This document shows, piece after piece, positions 12,518 through 24,800 of a stretch of DNA of 64,000 nucleotides. The notes below the pieces were generated by a model. It was given only the letters and a program-made list of their open reading frames with translations, did no database searches and was not told the origin of the DNA. Position 1 is the stretch's first letter, and every line of letters begins with the position of its first letter. Made by a program: the position numbers and the translations under genes. Source of the stretch: Lama glama (Eukaryota); assembly GCA_028534125.1 (NCBI GenBank), contig CM052824.1, positions 61,194,001-61,258,000 on the forward strand, given 5' to 3'.

Positions 12518-14699
12518 GACCACACCTGATTTTTAGACTTGGCCCCAGGTATGTCTCTTCTCTCCCCCTCCATCTCCCTGGAGGGCAGAGTCTGGGCCTT
12601 GGGAACCCCCAAGTGCTTTCCTTCATCTGAAGTCACACTGTCATCACCCACACATTGGGTGAAGGTCTAAGAAGGGCGACGGTAGTCGATTGTATGCACT
12701 TATTCCTGGTTGGGAAGGAGTTTCACATCCTCTTCTGAGGGTTTATTTGGACGTGGCGGCTGTGTTGGTGGATGTGAAGGTAGAGGGTAGACTGTATCAG
12801 TTTAGTCCTCTGAGAAGGGACGTGGACACTGAGATGAGATTAGATGTACGAGGATAAACGGGGAGGAAGCAGATAGCAGGAGGGCATTCAGACAGGGGTG
12901 CTGGCAGCACACGAGGGAAGGGAAGGGAGCTGCTGGGGGAAGAAACCCATTCCTCCAACCTTGACCTCATCCTCCAAAGCCCTCCCAGGACAGCAGGGGG
13001 CAGGAAAGAGTGACTGTCACCCTACTTGGAAAATCCAGAGCAGTGTGTTGAGAGTGTGCGGATTCTGACCTGCTGAGTGAGGAAGCACCAGATACCACAT
13101 GGGGTTGGGTCGGCAGCTGGCTCCCCCAGTATCCCAGCTCCCACTTTGGGAAAGTGAAAACCCCAGGGTCCTTTGATGAAGGCACAGTTTCAATACCTCA
13201 CACAAAGAACTAGAGTCACAAAACTTGTTACTCAGAGATCCTGCTGTTGGTGGGGACGGTGCCCAGTGAGCTAGGGGAAGGGCAGTCTTACAACCAGGCC
13301 CCTGGTGAGCAGGAGATGGACAGGAGGGTAGTGGGCATCTATGACTTATAAGGTGGTTGGGGCGGCAGTCACTGACTTTCACGGGCTCAACTCTGGTCAT
13401 TTTAAAAGATGGCCCAGAAAAAGCAAGGTGGTGGAAATCCTTATCTAAATGACCCGACTCCCGGTATGGGCAGGGTCGTCACACTGTGAAGTGCCTGGGC
13501 AGCAACTCAAAATAGCTGTTTTCTCATCACGCTGACCCCATGGTGGCAAAGGCAGGGAGGGAGGCTGGGACGAGCAGCTGTGGCTGGCTTCAGAATGTGC
13601 CTCCCTCCCAGCCCAAGGACTCCTGGCCCCACAAAGCCACACTGCCACTGGACAAGGCACCTCCTGTAAGAGTTCAGGCTGTGGTCACAAACTCACCCTC
13701 CTTGAAGGGGCCCAGCTGGACCACTTCAGCACTGGCGCTGGGATTGGCCTCTGGCCTTTGGTTACCAGCCTCTCTCCTGTGACTTGGGCTGTTTCAGGTG
13801 GGAGACAGAGGCTTGGGGGCTGGAGTGCAGCTGGGGCATCAGATCCCCTGCATCTGTGTGACCTGCAGCCATTAGTGTTTGGCCTGGGGGTGCTGGTCCC
13901 CTGGTGAGCTCTCATGGCACCATTTTCCCCCTTCCCTGAATACCCAGCAGACAGCCACGAAGGACCCTTCCTCTAAGGCCATCCTGCCTGGTTTCCTTAG
14001 ATTACCTCTGGGGACACTGAGACCCAAGAGGAGAAGGCCCAGGCTTTGCTGGGTGGGTGCCAACCTCACAGAGCCCTGCTCTCCTCATCAGAGCCTAGGG
14101 GAATGGAGGTCAGGACCCACGCCCTAGGCTCACCGGGGGTGGTCCCTAGCCTAGACTTATGGCCAAACTCTGGTTCCTCCAGTCAGTGATGGACTAATAG
14201 AGTCTTTTCTTGTTCTGATCCACTGCCTGCGAATGGCCATGACCTGGTATGCAGGAGAGTACCAGGCTCTGCCAGCCTCGAGGGAAGTGCTGGAGACAGG
14301 TCTCAGGGGCATCACTCTCAGGCCCTATCCTAGGGCCTTTCCCCTTCTTGCTCTGGCCAGCATGGGCCTCCTAGTGGCCTCAAGTTTTCCTGCTGGGGTA
14401 GGGGAGGGAGAACAGCCGTCCCCAGTGGGCTGGACCCCTCACACTGCGTTTTCCTTGCCCCATAGAGGACCCCAGGCTGGTTGGATGGACAGGAGCCGGG
14501 GAAAAAGTCCCTACACTGGCTGTCAGGAGCACCGTGCCCAGGCACCTCCTGCGTGCGTGCGTGCGTGCACACGGCTGCCCGTGCTGACCCCCACTGTCGC
14601 CTGAGCATCACAAACACGTGTTCACACTTTCACTCCCACGTCCACATGGGCATCTGCATTCACTTGGCTTCTATTTCTTGAAGCCCCCGTAGGACCTGG

Positions 14700-15800
14700 A
14701 GCGCCAGCTCCAAGCTGGTGCGGGGGCGCAAAGTGACCAAGTGTCCTCAGTTCCAGCCCGGACACAAGAATTCCCGCGGTCTCCCGCAGCCCGCCGATGT
14801 GACCTGGGCGCCTCCGGACTCTAAAGGGATGGAGACCCGGAACCGGGCCGCGCGGAACCCCTCCGAAGACTTCCGGTGGGGGCGCGACGGGCAGACGGGG
14901 TGCGGAGCCTCCGGAAGGTCCCCACCCACCTTTTCCTCAAGGGGTGCCCCCCAGACCGCCCATAGGCCGAGAATCAGGGACCCCAGGACGCTGGCCTGCG
15001 CGTGTCGGGGGCGCTCGGGGCGTGGGCCGAAGGCTCTGAGCCCGGGACGCAGGCAGGGAAACCCCGCCACCCACGCGCGCCCCGCCCAACCCGCCCGCGC
15101 TTGCGCAGCTCCACCCCCGCGCCGCGGGCCGTCCGCTGACGTCAGGCCCGCGGCTCTCGGGCGCCCCCAGCGGCCGCGAGCAGCCGAGCCTGCGGTCCCT
15201 TTAACGCGCGGCCCGAGGGGGCGGCGGCGGGGCGCACGGACGCGGCGGGCCTCGCGCCCTCCCTGCCTGCGTCCCGTGCCGGGGGCGCATGGGCGGCCGC
15301 CGGCGACAGGGCAGCAGCCAGGGCGCGCGCGGGACCAGGGCCGAGGCTGAGGCCGGAGGGGCGGGCGGGGCCGGCGGGGCCGGGGCGGCCGGGCGGGGGC
15401 GGGGAGGCCTGGTCGCGGCCGGGCCGGGAGCGTAGCGCGGGCGGGGCGCGGGCCGGCGGCGGAGAGGCGCCCGCGTCCGAGGCCCGGGCCGCGCCTGAGC
15501 GCCGCACCATGGCGGAGACCAAGATTATCTATCACATGGACGAGGAGGAGACGCCGTACCTGGTCAAGCTGCCCGTGGCGCCCGAGCGCGTCACGCTGGC
15601 CGACTTTAAGAACGTGCTCAGCAACCGGCCCGTGCACGCCTACAAATTCTTCTTCAAGTCCATGGACCAGGACTTCGGGTCAGTGGGCAGCGGGGCCTGT
15701 GCGCGAGCTCGGGCTCGCGTGTCGGCACCTGTCTGCGCCAGGCGGGGCATGGGGATCCTGGGGCTGCGACCCGGTCGGTGCCTCCACGCGCCTGCTTGCC
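14700..15800 (+). promoter_or_regulatory. DVL1 CpG-island promoter with CRE and GC boxes
   Basis: Very high GC/CpG; full CRE TGACGTCA at 15137-15144; multiple GGGGCGGG boxes and G-runs at 15357-15405; ATG in GCACCATGG context at 15509. Confidence 0.8.
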
Positions 15801-18800
15801 CTAGTGCGGTGTGTCCCACCTGTCTGTGCTCAGAGAGGGGACACTGCCTGGGCCCCTGACGGCCTGTGTAGGAGCCTGAGAACTCAGGGCCGTGGACCGG
15901 CGAGGGTCCTGGCTTCTCCGCGCACCCTGGGCCTTGTCCTGAGCTTGTGTGATCTTCCGGTATAGGTCTGTGGTCCAGGTCGACTTCCGAATCCCACTTT
16001 GGCACCTGTCAGCTTCAGAATTCCCTGCCCCACGTCTGTGGAGGGCAGATGTTGGGGGATGGCCAGGAGAGCTTGTGATTCGTGGAGCTTGGAATCAGAA
16101 GAGTGTCCAAGGGCCCGGGGAAAAGGGTTGGGCAGAGGGCAGGGTGCCAGTCACCCAGTGGGTCCCCTAGTTAGCATGGGGGAAGTGAGGTTAGCTGGGA
16201 CAGGGGCATGGATCTGTCTACTGGGATCTGTAGAAGTTTCTGGAGGCTCAAGACAGCCTCCTCCTGGCCTTCTACAGGGTCCTCAGGACAGGGCAGAGGT
16301 CAAGGGCCACAGGGGACCGTGGGATGTCATCCTGCCCACTCCTGCCCTGGGGTTGCTGGCCGCAGGGCCTCTGCTCCTGCTGAGCTGCTCAGCACTTGGG
16401 TTCCTCGGAACAGCCCAGGCCACCTGCTGACTCCGGGCTGCCTCTGGGTCAGCGTCCCCACATCAGCCCTTAGCAGTGGCTATCCTGGCCGAGGGGACAT
16501 CCTGTTTGTGCTGGGCTGGGCTTTTGGAATGGTGAGTGGTGAGCAGGAGGCTGGCTGTCCGCTGGAGGCCTGACCCAGCACAGTCACGGGTAACCTGAGT
16601 CCCTTGCTCAGCGGTGCTGGGGGGCTGGGTACCCAGAGGCCTCGTGGGCTGAGCAGGTGTGCCTGGGCGCCCTCAGGCAGCCTGTGTCCTTGTATGTGGC
16701 TGAGTCTTGGGGCTTTGACATTGAGGCCGTTTCCTGGATTGTATAGTTTGCATGGGCCCCCCAGGTCAAGCTAAGACCATCTGTGGCTCTCAGGGAGGCC
16801 TAAGGGGTGTATAGACAACTAGATTCTCTTGGGCTTCTCCAACACCAGGGAGAGGCAGAGAGGGGAAGGTGTGCCCTTGGCAGCCTGGGAAAGCTGGAGG
16901 CCCCAGCCCTACGGGGCTCAGATTAGGAGCCGCCCCCAGGCTGGGCTCTTCAGAGTAGGACATTGATTTAGGGAGTCTGGTCCAGGCTGCCTGGCCTGCC
17001 CTCACTGGGCAATCTCTCACTGTCTCACTCCTCTGGGTCTGGACTGCTTTGACTGTAAGCATTAGGTCTATGGAAGTGAACTTTTCTTTTTCATTTAGTT
17101 TATTGTTTTAGCAAAAATCACCAGAGTCGCACATGCTCTGTCACAAACCCAAGTCTGCAGGAAGTGTGTGGCATGGCATATGCCCAGCTCGCCCAGGTTG
17201 CTGCCCTTGAATGGTGCTCTGGGGTGCATCCTGACTGATACGACATTGCTCTTGTGTCTGATAGCCACTGAGCTGCAGAGACTCCACACCCACAATGTAC
17301 ACTCCCAGCAGAGGGCAGGTCTGCTGTGGGGTTTGCAGGACTTACGGGTGCCCTGGCCTTGGAGGATGGTGGGCAGGCAGATCTGGGTCTTGGAGTATGC
17401 ATAGGAGTTCTTCAAGTTGTCTGTTTTGCATGGCTGGGATGTGGGGGAGGAAACAGGACTAGGCTGGTAGGCTGGGGTGGGGGAAGGATTGGGGTGACTC
17501 TGGAAGGCACACAGGCAGACAGAACAGGGGAGGCTCACCTTATTCCACTCCCTCACCCACACCTCCCGCCAGACCTCTGGTTCATGGCCTGTTGGCTTCA
17601 GAAACCTGGGAGAGGATCTGCCGTCTTTCTCCCCTTCTATGAGATCTGCCTACAGCACTCCAAGCTTTATTTATTCTATATGATCATTTCTTGAGTAGAA
17701 TAATTTCTTCTGGGAGGGGCTGATTAGTCACTCACACTTCAGAATAAATGAGAGCTGGAGGCTCAACCTTGGTACCTCATGGATGTAGCTGGATGTTTGA
17801 GAAAGAGGGCAGGTCCTGGCTGGGCTGGGTCAGTGACCCCTGCATGAGAGGGGTCACCTCAGATTGGGGACTGTGAGGAGTAGCTGGTGGGCCTGGGCTT
17901 CTTGCCCCAACCCCTCCTCTCGCTGTGGGCTGGGCCCTGAGTTCCTGGGGCCTCTGCTCACAGCCACAGCTGACCAGGAAGGGAAGGGGGAGTCTGAGGT
18001 GTGGCCATGGGCTCTGGGCTGGCCCTGCTCCCCACAGGCATCTTTGAGCAACTGAGTGGAGAGTGCTTTGCCCACCTTGCACTTTTCCCATGCAGGTCAC
18101 AGCTGTTCTGTCCCAGTGAAGCTGGGGAGGGTCTCTAGACCTGTGGTGGTCTCGCCTGGAGATGCCAAGCATTGGGTTTGGTGAATGGCTTTGCAGCTGG
18201 GGTCTGGGCCTGGTGTTTGGGCTGGGAAGCAGAGGCTGAGGGTCCTCAGCTCACAGATTTCCACTACCGGAGTTGTTCTGCTGTTTCCAGGCCTGGCTGC
18301 GCTTGGCACTAAGCTTGTCCGCCTGGCAGGGGACCTGGCTCCTGTGTCTCTGGGCCGGGAGCTCCGGTCCTGGGGCCAACTGTCTGTGGGCCGTGGGCGG
18401 TGTGCTGGGGCCTGCGCTTGGCCTGTCCCAGACTGCCTGCAGCCTCCCTCTGCCCTCTGCAGCTCTACTGTCACTGTCACTGTCACTGCCCCAGGAGTGT
18501 GGGGAGAGTCCAGACAGGTCACCCCTGTTTGTGGCAGCACGTGAAGGACAAGGTCCCCTCACCCTGCAGAACCTGAGCCGGGTCAGGAGGCAGTGAGGGG
18601 ACCTGTGAAAACGCCGAGGGAACTGAGGAGCCCTGACTCATGGGGGGACTCTGTGCCTCTGGGGACACAGCTGGGGTCATCCTGCTGGCCTGTGGCGTGC
18701 TGTGGCCTCTGGGAGCCTGAGGGTCCTCCTGGGCCCTGGGCTCAACTCCAAGAGCCCCACTCTGAGCAGATTCCTGGCCGGGGCGAGTCTGTGGGGGTGG

Positions 18801-21800
18801 CGGGTGGGGCTGGGCAGCCCAAGTTCCAGGTTAACCGGGCTCTCGCCAGAAATTCTGAGGTTGGGGGCAAGATGCCAGCAGGGGTGCCCTGGGTGACCAC
18901 ACTGAGGGTGTCTTCACTGACCGCTGCTCCTGAGGCCTGCTCTCCCACCTGGTGAGGCCCGGCCCAGGAGGGAGCCCCGAGTTGCTTGGGGGCATTCCCC
19001 ATGCTCCCTGAGGCCCCCCCGACCCCACCCCGACCTCGACCCTGTCCCAGGCCATCAATCGACAGCATTGTGCACCTGTGCCCTTTGTCCTGGAGGCTTG
19101 GGTGCCTGCTGGTCTGGCCTGGCTGCCTCTCAGTGCCCCAGCTCCCAGGTAGAGGGCCGAGTGCTCTGTTGTGCAGGCTGGGAGACATGGGTTTCTCAGG
19201 CTGGGGGTGTTGGGGAAGCAGGGTCTCTGAATCCTGGGAGGGGCATCCGTGCTTAGGTGGGGTGCACAGAGGCCTTGGGCAGCCCTGGGTGATGGGTCCT
19301 CTGGAGGTGCTGGCTACCTGGGCGGTAGGGGCTCAGGGTGCCCACCTCTGAGGGAGCCAGGCCAGCCCTGGGGTGTGGAGGCTGGGTGAGGCAGTGGGTG
19401 AGTCAGGAGGGTGGGGGCATGAGTGCGTTGGGGGTCACCAGCCGGGCCACCTGGACAGTGAGGCGGGAGCCAGGTCCCTCCCAGGTCTCTGTTGCTGTTG
19501 TCACTCAGAGATGGTGCTCTGGGCCTGCTGGGTCCCCCGGAGGGCTCACTGCAGCCCCCTATGTGCTGGCTGCAGTTGGAGGACCCCAGGGGTCTCCAGG
19601 CCACCTCAGGTCTTCCTGTGGTGACCACCTTCTGTATGGCCTCCTTGGCTGGGTCTTGGGCAGGGTCACGGCCTCCCTGGACCTCAGCTCTGCGGGACTG
19701 TGGTGCGTGAATGGGGGCAGCAGACACAGTGTCTACTCCTGGCTGGGGAGAGGAGGGTCCCAAGAAATGACACTTTCTGCCTGTTGGGGTGTGCACCCCA
19801 TCTGTGCGTGTGTGGCTGCCCTGGGAGGTGCCTGGGGGTCACTATAGGACCCTGGTGGGGTGCCCCCTCCCTCCTGGGCTGGCCCCATCTCCTCCGTCCT
19901 CTCTGCCCAGATGTCTCAGGCCCTCTCCCAGTGGGCGGGGTAGCTTGGGTCCTTGCTCCCTGGGTGGGAGTGTGGGTGCCAGCTCTGCAGGAGCCTCCTG
20001 ACACCTGCTGCCTGGGACTAGCCGAGTCCAGGGGTCCGGACCCAGCAGGCCAAGAGGCTGCTTCCTGCCTGGTCTCGTAGCTCTTGTTCCTACTCCAGGC
20101 CCAAGTCCCAGGCATGGAAATCGCGTTGTGCTGGGCAGGGCTGGGCTCCAGTGGGGTGGGGCCCCAGGGCACCTTCTGCTGCAGGCCCCGCCTGCCCGCC
20201 CTGCTTCCTGGGCCTCCAGGAGGCCGCAGTGTGGGATATGCCTGGGCCACAGCCACTGCTGGCTCTGCCCGGGGCCCCTCCCCTGCTGCCCTCCTCACCC
20301 CTCTGAACCTGACACCTGGACCTCCCCATCCTGTTTCTGACCCCAGGGTCATTGGCCTCCTTCCCAGCTGGTGTTGCCCTGGCCTTCTGCGACCTGCCTT
20401 TCCCACCTCCACAAACCCACCTGACAGGGCAGCATTTAGGGGTGGGCCAGGCTAGCCCCTGGGCAGTGGTGTGGCCAGTGGGGCCTGCTGACCTCCAGGA
20501 CCTGAGACTTCTCAGTGGGCCTGGCTGGCCCTGTGCCTGGCTACCCTTCCAGGTCTTGAGTTGGGCTGATGCAGTGGGTGGGGATCCGCTTCTCTCTCCC
20601 CAGCTGGGCCAGTTGGCCAGGAGGACGGTCAGTGTCCTTGGAGTGTGAATGCAGGGGTTGTGTGTGCTCTGCCATCTTGACCTGCTGATGTCCTCGGGGT
20701 CTCACCAAGCGTGCGTCTGTGCTGAGGCTTGCCATGATCCAGGCCCTGTTCTAGGCTGGTGGGGTGGGTTCGGGCAGGAGGAAGCCGGACAGAGCCCTGC
20801 CCTGAGGGCCCACCCCTGTGGGGTGCACAGGCACAGAGCCAAGTAGGTCCTCATGTCGTAGGGGTCCCAGACAGGGACTCCTGGTACTGGCAGGTTGGGT
20901 GTCTGGACCCCCTTAGACCTGGGCCTTGGGAGGGGTCCTTGGAAGGATGCTGAAGGCTCCCAGGAAGGGAGCATGCTGGGCAGGGCACCCACACAGACTG
21001 GCATCTGGGTGTGTGGCTGAGGCCCCATGTGGCATGCACCCTGGCCATGCTGGGGGCCCTACTCCAGAGCCCACTGTGGGAGCGCACCTAGTGCGACAGC
21101 CTCATGCCTACATCTGCCCACAGGGTTGTGAAGGAGGAGATCTCCGACGATAATGCCAAGCTGCCCTGCTTCAATGGCCGCGTAGTCTCCTGGGTGAGTC
21201 TGTGGGACGTTGGCAGAGGGTCCTCAGCCCGGTAATGTGGGAGGAGGTGGTCACTTGTGCCTCGGTGCCCTGCTGGGGGCGCCCGAAAGCCAGCATCCCT
21301 GAGCCCTCACTCTTGTCCACAGCTGGTCCTGGCTGAGGGCACGCACTCCGACGCGGGGTCTCAGGGCACTGACGGCCATGCAGACCTGCCCCCGCCTCTC
21401 GAGCGGACAGGCGGCATCGGGGACTCCCGGCCCCCCTCCTTCCAGTAAGGGCTCTGGAGGCGCTGAGCCCCGTGCTCTCAAGGGGCTGGCTGCCCGCCAG
21501 GCCTGTGGCGGGTGGGGAGGGGCAGCTGAGCCAGGACCCATGGTCAGTAGGAGCTGGGCAGCAGAGGAGGGGCAGGCAGACAGGCCGGGGCGGGCCGGTG
21601 GGTGAATGGGCCCCTGTCAGTGTCAGGGTCCCACTGGACGAGAGGGGTGGGGAGCTCAGGGGGCATTCCAGGCGCCCGTGGTCCGGCCTGCCCCGGCCCA
21701 CTCCCCTCTTACTGGCACAGCCCGAATGTGGCCAGCAGCCGTGATGGGATGGACAATGAGACTGGCACGGAGTCCGTGGTCAGCCACCGGCGGGAGCGAG

Positions 21801-24800
21801 CCCGACGCCGGAACCGTGAGGAGGGTAAAGAGGCCACGCCCTTGACCTCCCTGGGGCCCCTGTGGTGCACCCATGCCCTGCTGACCCTGGGTATAGCCCC
21901 TGTCAAGTGGGGGTCCCTTGGTAGAGGTTCTAGACCCAACTGCCCAGGACCCTAGTGGCCCCCGGCAACCCCGCAGTCACCCTGCCAGCCCCCATCCCTG
22001 CTATCCCCACAGCCTCCCGGACCAACGGGCACCAGAGGGGGGACCGGCGCCGGGACCTGGGGCTGCCCCCCGACAGCGCATCCACGGTGCTGAGCAGCGA
22101 GCTGGAGTCCAGCAGCTTCATCGACTCCGACGAGGATGAGAACACCAGCCGGTGGGCGTGGGTGGGCGGGTGAGCGGGGAGATGTGCCCAGGTGCATGCA
22201 TGTGTCTGAGCGCACACATGTGCGGGGAGGGGTGCACAGCGCGGGGCTGAGCCCTCTCCTGATGGGCCCGCCCCTGTCCCTGCCTTCTCCTCAATTTTGT
22301 GGAGTTGGGGCCGGGAGAGGGCGACCCCTGACTCTGTGCACCCCAGGCTGAGCAGCTCCACGGAGCAGAGTACCTCCTCCCGCCTCATCCGGAAGCACAA
22401 ACGCCGGCGGCGGAAGCAGCGCATGCGGCAGACAGACCGGGTAGCGTGGGCCGCGAGTCGCGGGTGAGCCCTTCTCTGGCCACGGGCCCTGCGCGCAGCC
22501 CCTCACCTGGTGCCTGTCCTTCTGTCTGTCCATCCACAGGCCTCCTCCTTCAGCAGCATCACGGACTCCACCATGTCCCTGAACATTGTCACCGTCACGC
22601 TCAACATGGGTGAGGCCCCGCGGGGTCTCGGGCTGGGGTCCCTTGGGGGGGCGTGGGTCTCTGGGTGGGGTTGCAGGCCTTTGGGGACCCCCTGCTCACC
22701 CCACCCCCCTGCAGAGCGGCACCACTTTCTGGGCATCAGCATCGTGGGCCAGAGCAACGACCGGGGTGATGGCGGCATCTACATCGGCTCCATCATGAAG
22801 GGTGGGGCTGTGGCCGCTGACGGACGCATCGAGCCCGGCGACATGCTGCTGCAGGTGCGGGCCGCGGGGAGCTGCTGGGGGGCCGAGGGGCCAGCTCCCC
22901 GACCCACCGCGCTGACCCCTCCCCCAGGTGAACGACGTCAACTTCGAGAACATGAGCAACGACGATGCGGTGCGGGTGCTGCGGGAGATCGTGTCCCAGA
23001 CTGGGTGAGGCCTGTGCAGGGCGGGGCTCCATGGGGCAGGGGAGGGGGCAGGGCTCTGCGGGGCTGGGTGGGGCCTGAGGGGCCTCACCGGTGTGACCCA
23101 CCCACCCCACAGGCCCATCAGCCTCACGGTGGCCAAGTGCTGGGACCCGACCCCACGGAGCTACTTCACCATCCCGAGGGGTGAGTGAGCCCATGGGGCT
23201 GGCAGGGCGGGGGGTGGGGGCGCCGGCCCAGCCTGAGGGCCTTTCTCCTCTGTGCCCCGGGCTCTGCTTTTTCCCCCACTGTTCATCGTCTGTTGCCACG
23301 TGGCGGCCGCCCAGCTGACCCCGTTCGGCCCATCGACCCGGCTGCCTGGCTGTCCCACACGGCGGCGCTGACCGGAGCCCTGCCCCGCTACGGTACGAGC
23401 CCTTGCTCCAGCGCCATCACCCGCACCAGCTCCTCCTCACTAACCAGCTCTGTGCCCGGCGCTCCGCGTAAGTGGCAGTTCACGAGATCAGGGGACTGAA
23501 GCGCCGGGTGAGGCCTGGCCGGCCGCCCACCTGGCATGGTCACACTCAAGAGCCAAGCCAGCCTTGAGTGTCTGTGCTGCGGCGCCCACCCGGGTCTGAC
23601 CCAGCACGGACCCGTGGGCCCCCTTTCTGTGCGGTGGGAGTGGAAGGTGCCTGCAGGGGCTGGGCCCAGGGGTCAGCCATGGCTGGGGTCAGGGGAGAGG
23701 TGGGTGCACGCACATGGCCCCCACTCTGCTTTCCTGCCATTAACACAACTAACTCCCCTGAGCTCGCGGGGGGAGGGGTGGAAGAGGCCTGATCTCTGGC
23801 CCGAGAGCGCTGGTCTGCAGGGTGGGGGTGGCCTTGCCCTAATAGGCCCTGAGATCCTGATGAAGCACCTGCAGGGTGGGAGACAAAGGTCCCCCCCACC
23901 CAGGCCTGGCCCTGCGGGGTCTGTTGAATGGTGGTATGGGCCTCACAAGTCTCGGCTTTGCAGCCTGTGCTCCCTAGTAGCAGACTCTGGCCTCTGCGGG
24001 GCTGCAGCAGGCAGGGCCTGGGGTCTGTTTCTAGCTCTCCTCCACCTGTCAGCCACTCGGGGCTGAGGAGGGCGCCGTGCCTTGCAGAGCTGGAGGAGGC
24101 CCCACTGACGGTGAAGAGCGACATGGGCGCCGTCGTCCGCGTCATGCAGCTGCCGGACTCAGGCTTGGAGATCCGAGACCGCATGTGGCTCAAGATCACC
24201 ATTGCCAACGCTGTCATCGGTGAGGGTCCCCTGGCTGGTGGCGGGGCAGGGCGGGGTAGCCCTGCAACACTGTCACTGCGAGGGCCCTCCGTGGGCTGGG
24301 CGGTCCTGGGTTCTGTGCCCTGATGCCTGCTGCGGCCAGGGGCGGACGTGGTGGACTGGCTGTACACACACCTGGAGGGCTTCAAGGAGCGGCGGGAGGC
24401 GCGCAAGTACGCCAGCAGCATGCTGAAGCGGGGCTTCCTGCGGCACACGGTGAACAAGATCACTTTCTCCGAACAGTGCTACTACGTCTTCGGGGACCTG
24501 TGCAGCAGTGAGTGGGGGGCTGCGGGCCGGGCGTCCCTGATGGCCTGCCCACCCCAGGCTCACCCACCCCCACCCTCCCCTCCCGCCAGATCTTGCGGCC
24601 CTGAACCTCAACAGCGGCTCCAGTGGGGCCTCGGATCAGGACACACTGGCACCCCTGCCCCACCCGGCTGCCCCCTGGCCCCTGGGTCAGGGCTACCCCT
24701 ACCAGTACCCAGGGCCCCCGCCCTGCTTCCCGCCCGCATACCAGGACCCTGGTTTCAGCTACGGCAGCGGCAGCGCTGGGAGTCAGCAGAGTGAAGGTGA

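Noticed and set aside
12790-12950. Possible old ERVL LTR fragment downstream of MXRA8
   Set aside because: The resemblance is too weak to name a family or set boundaries by eye.
14718-15637. Long Arg/Pro/Gly/Ala-rich ORFs (210 aa +, 296 aa -) at the DVL1 promoter
   Set aside because: Stop-codon depletion in a CpG island; no domain signature.
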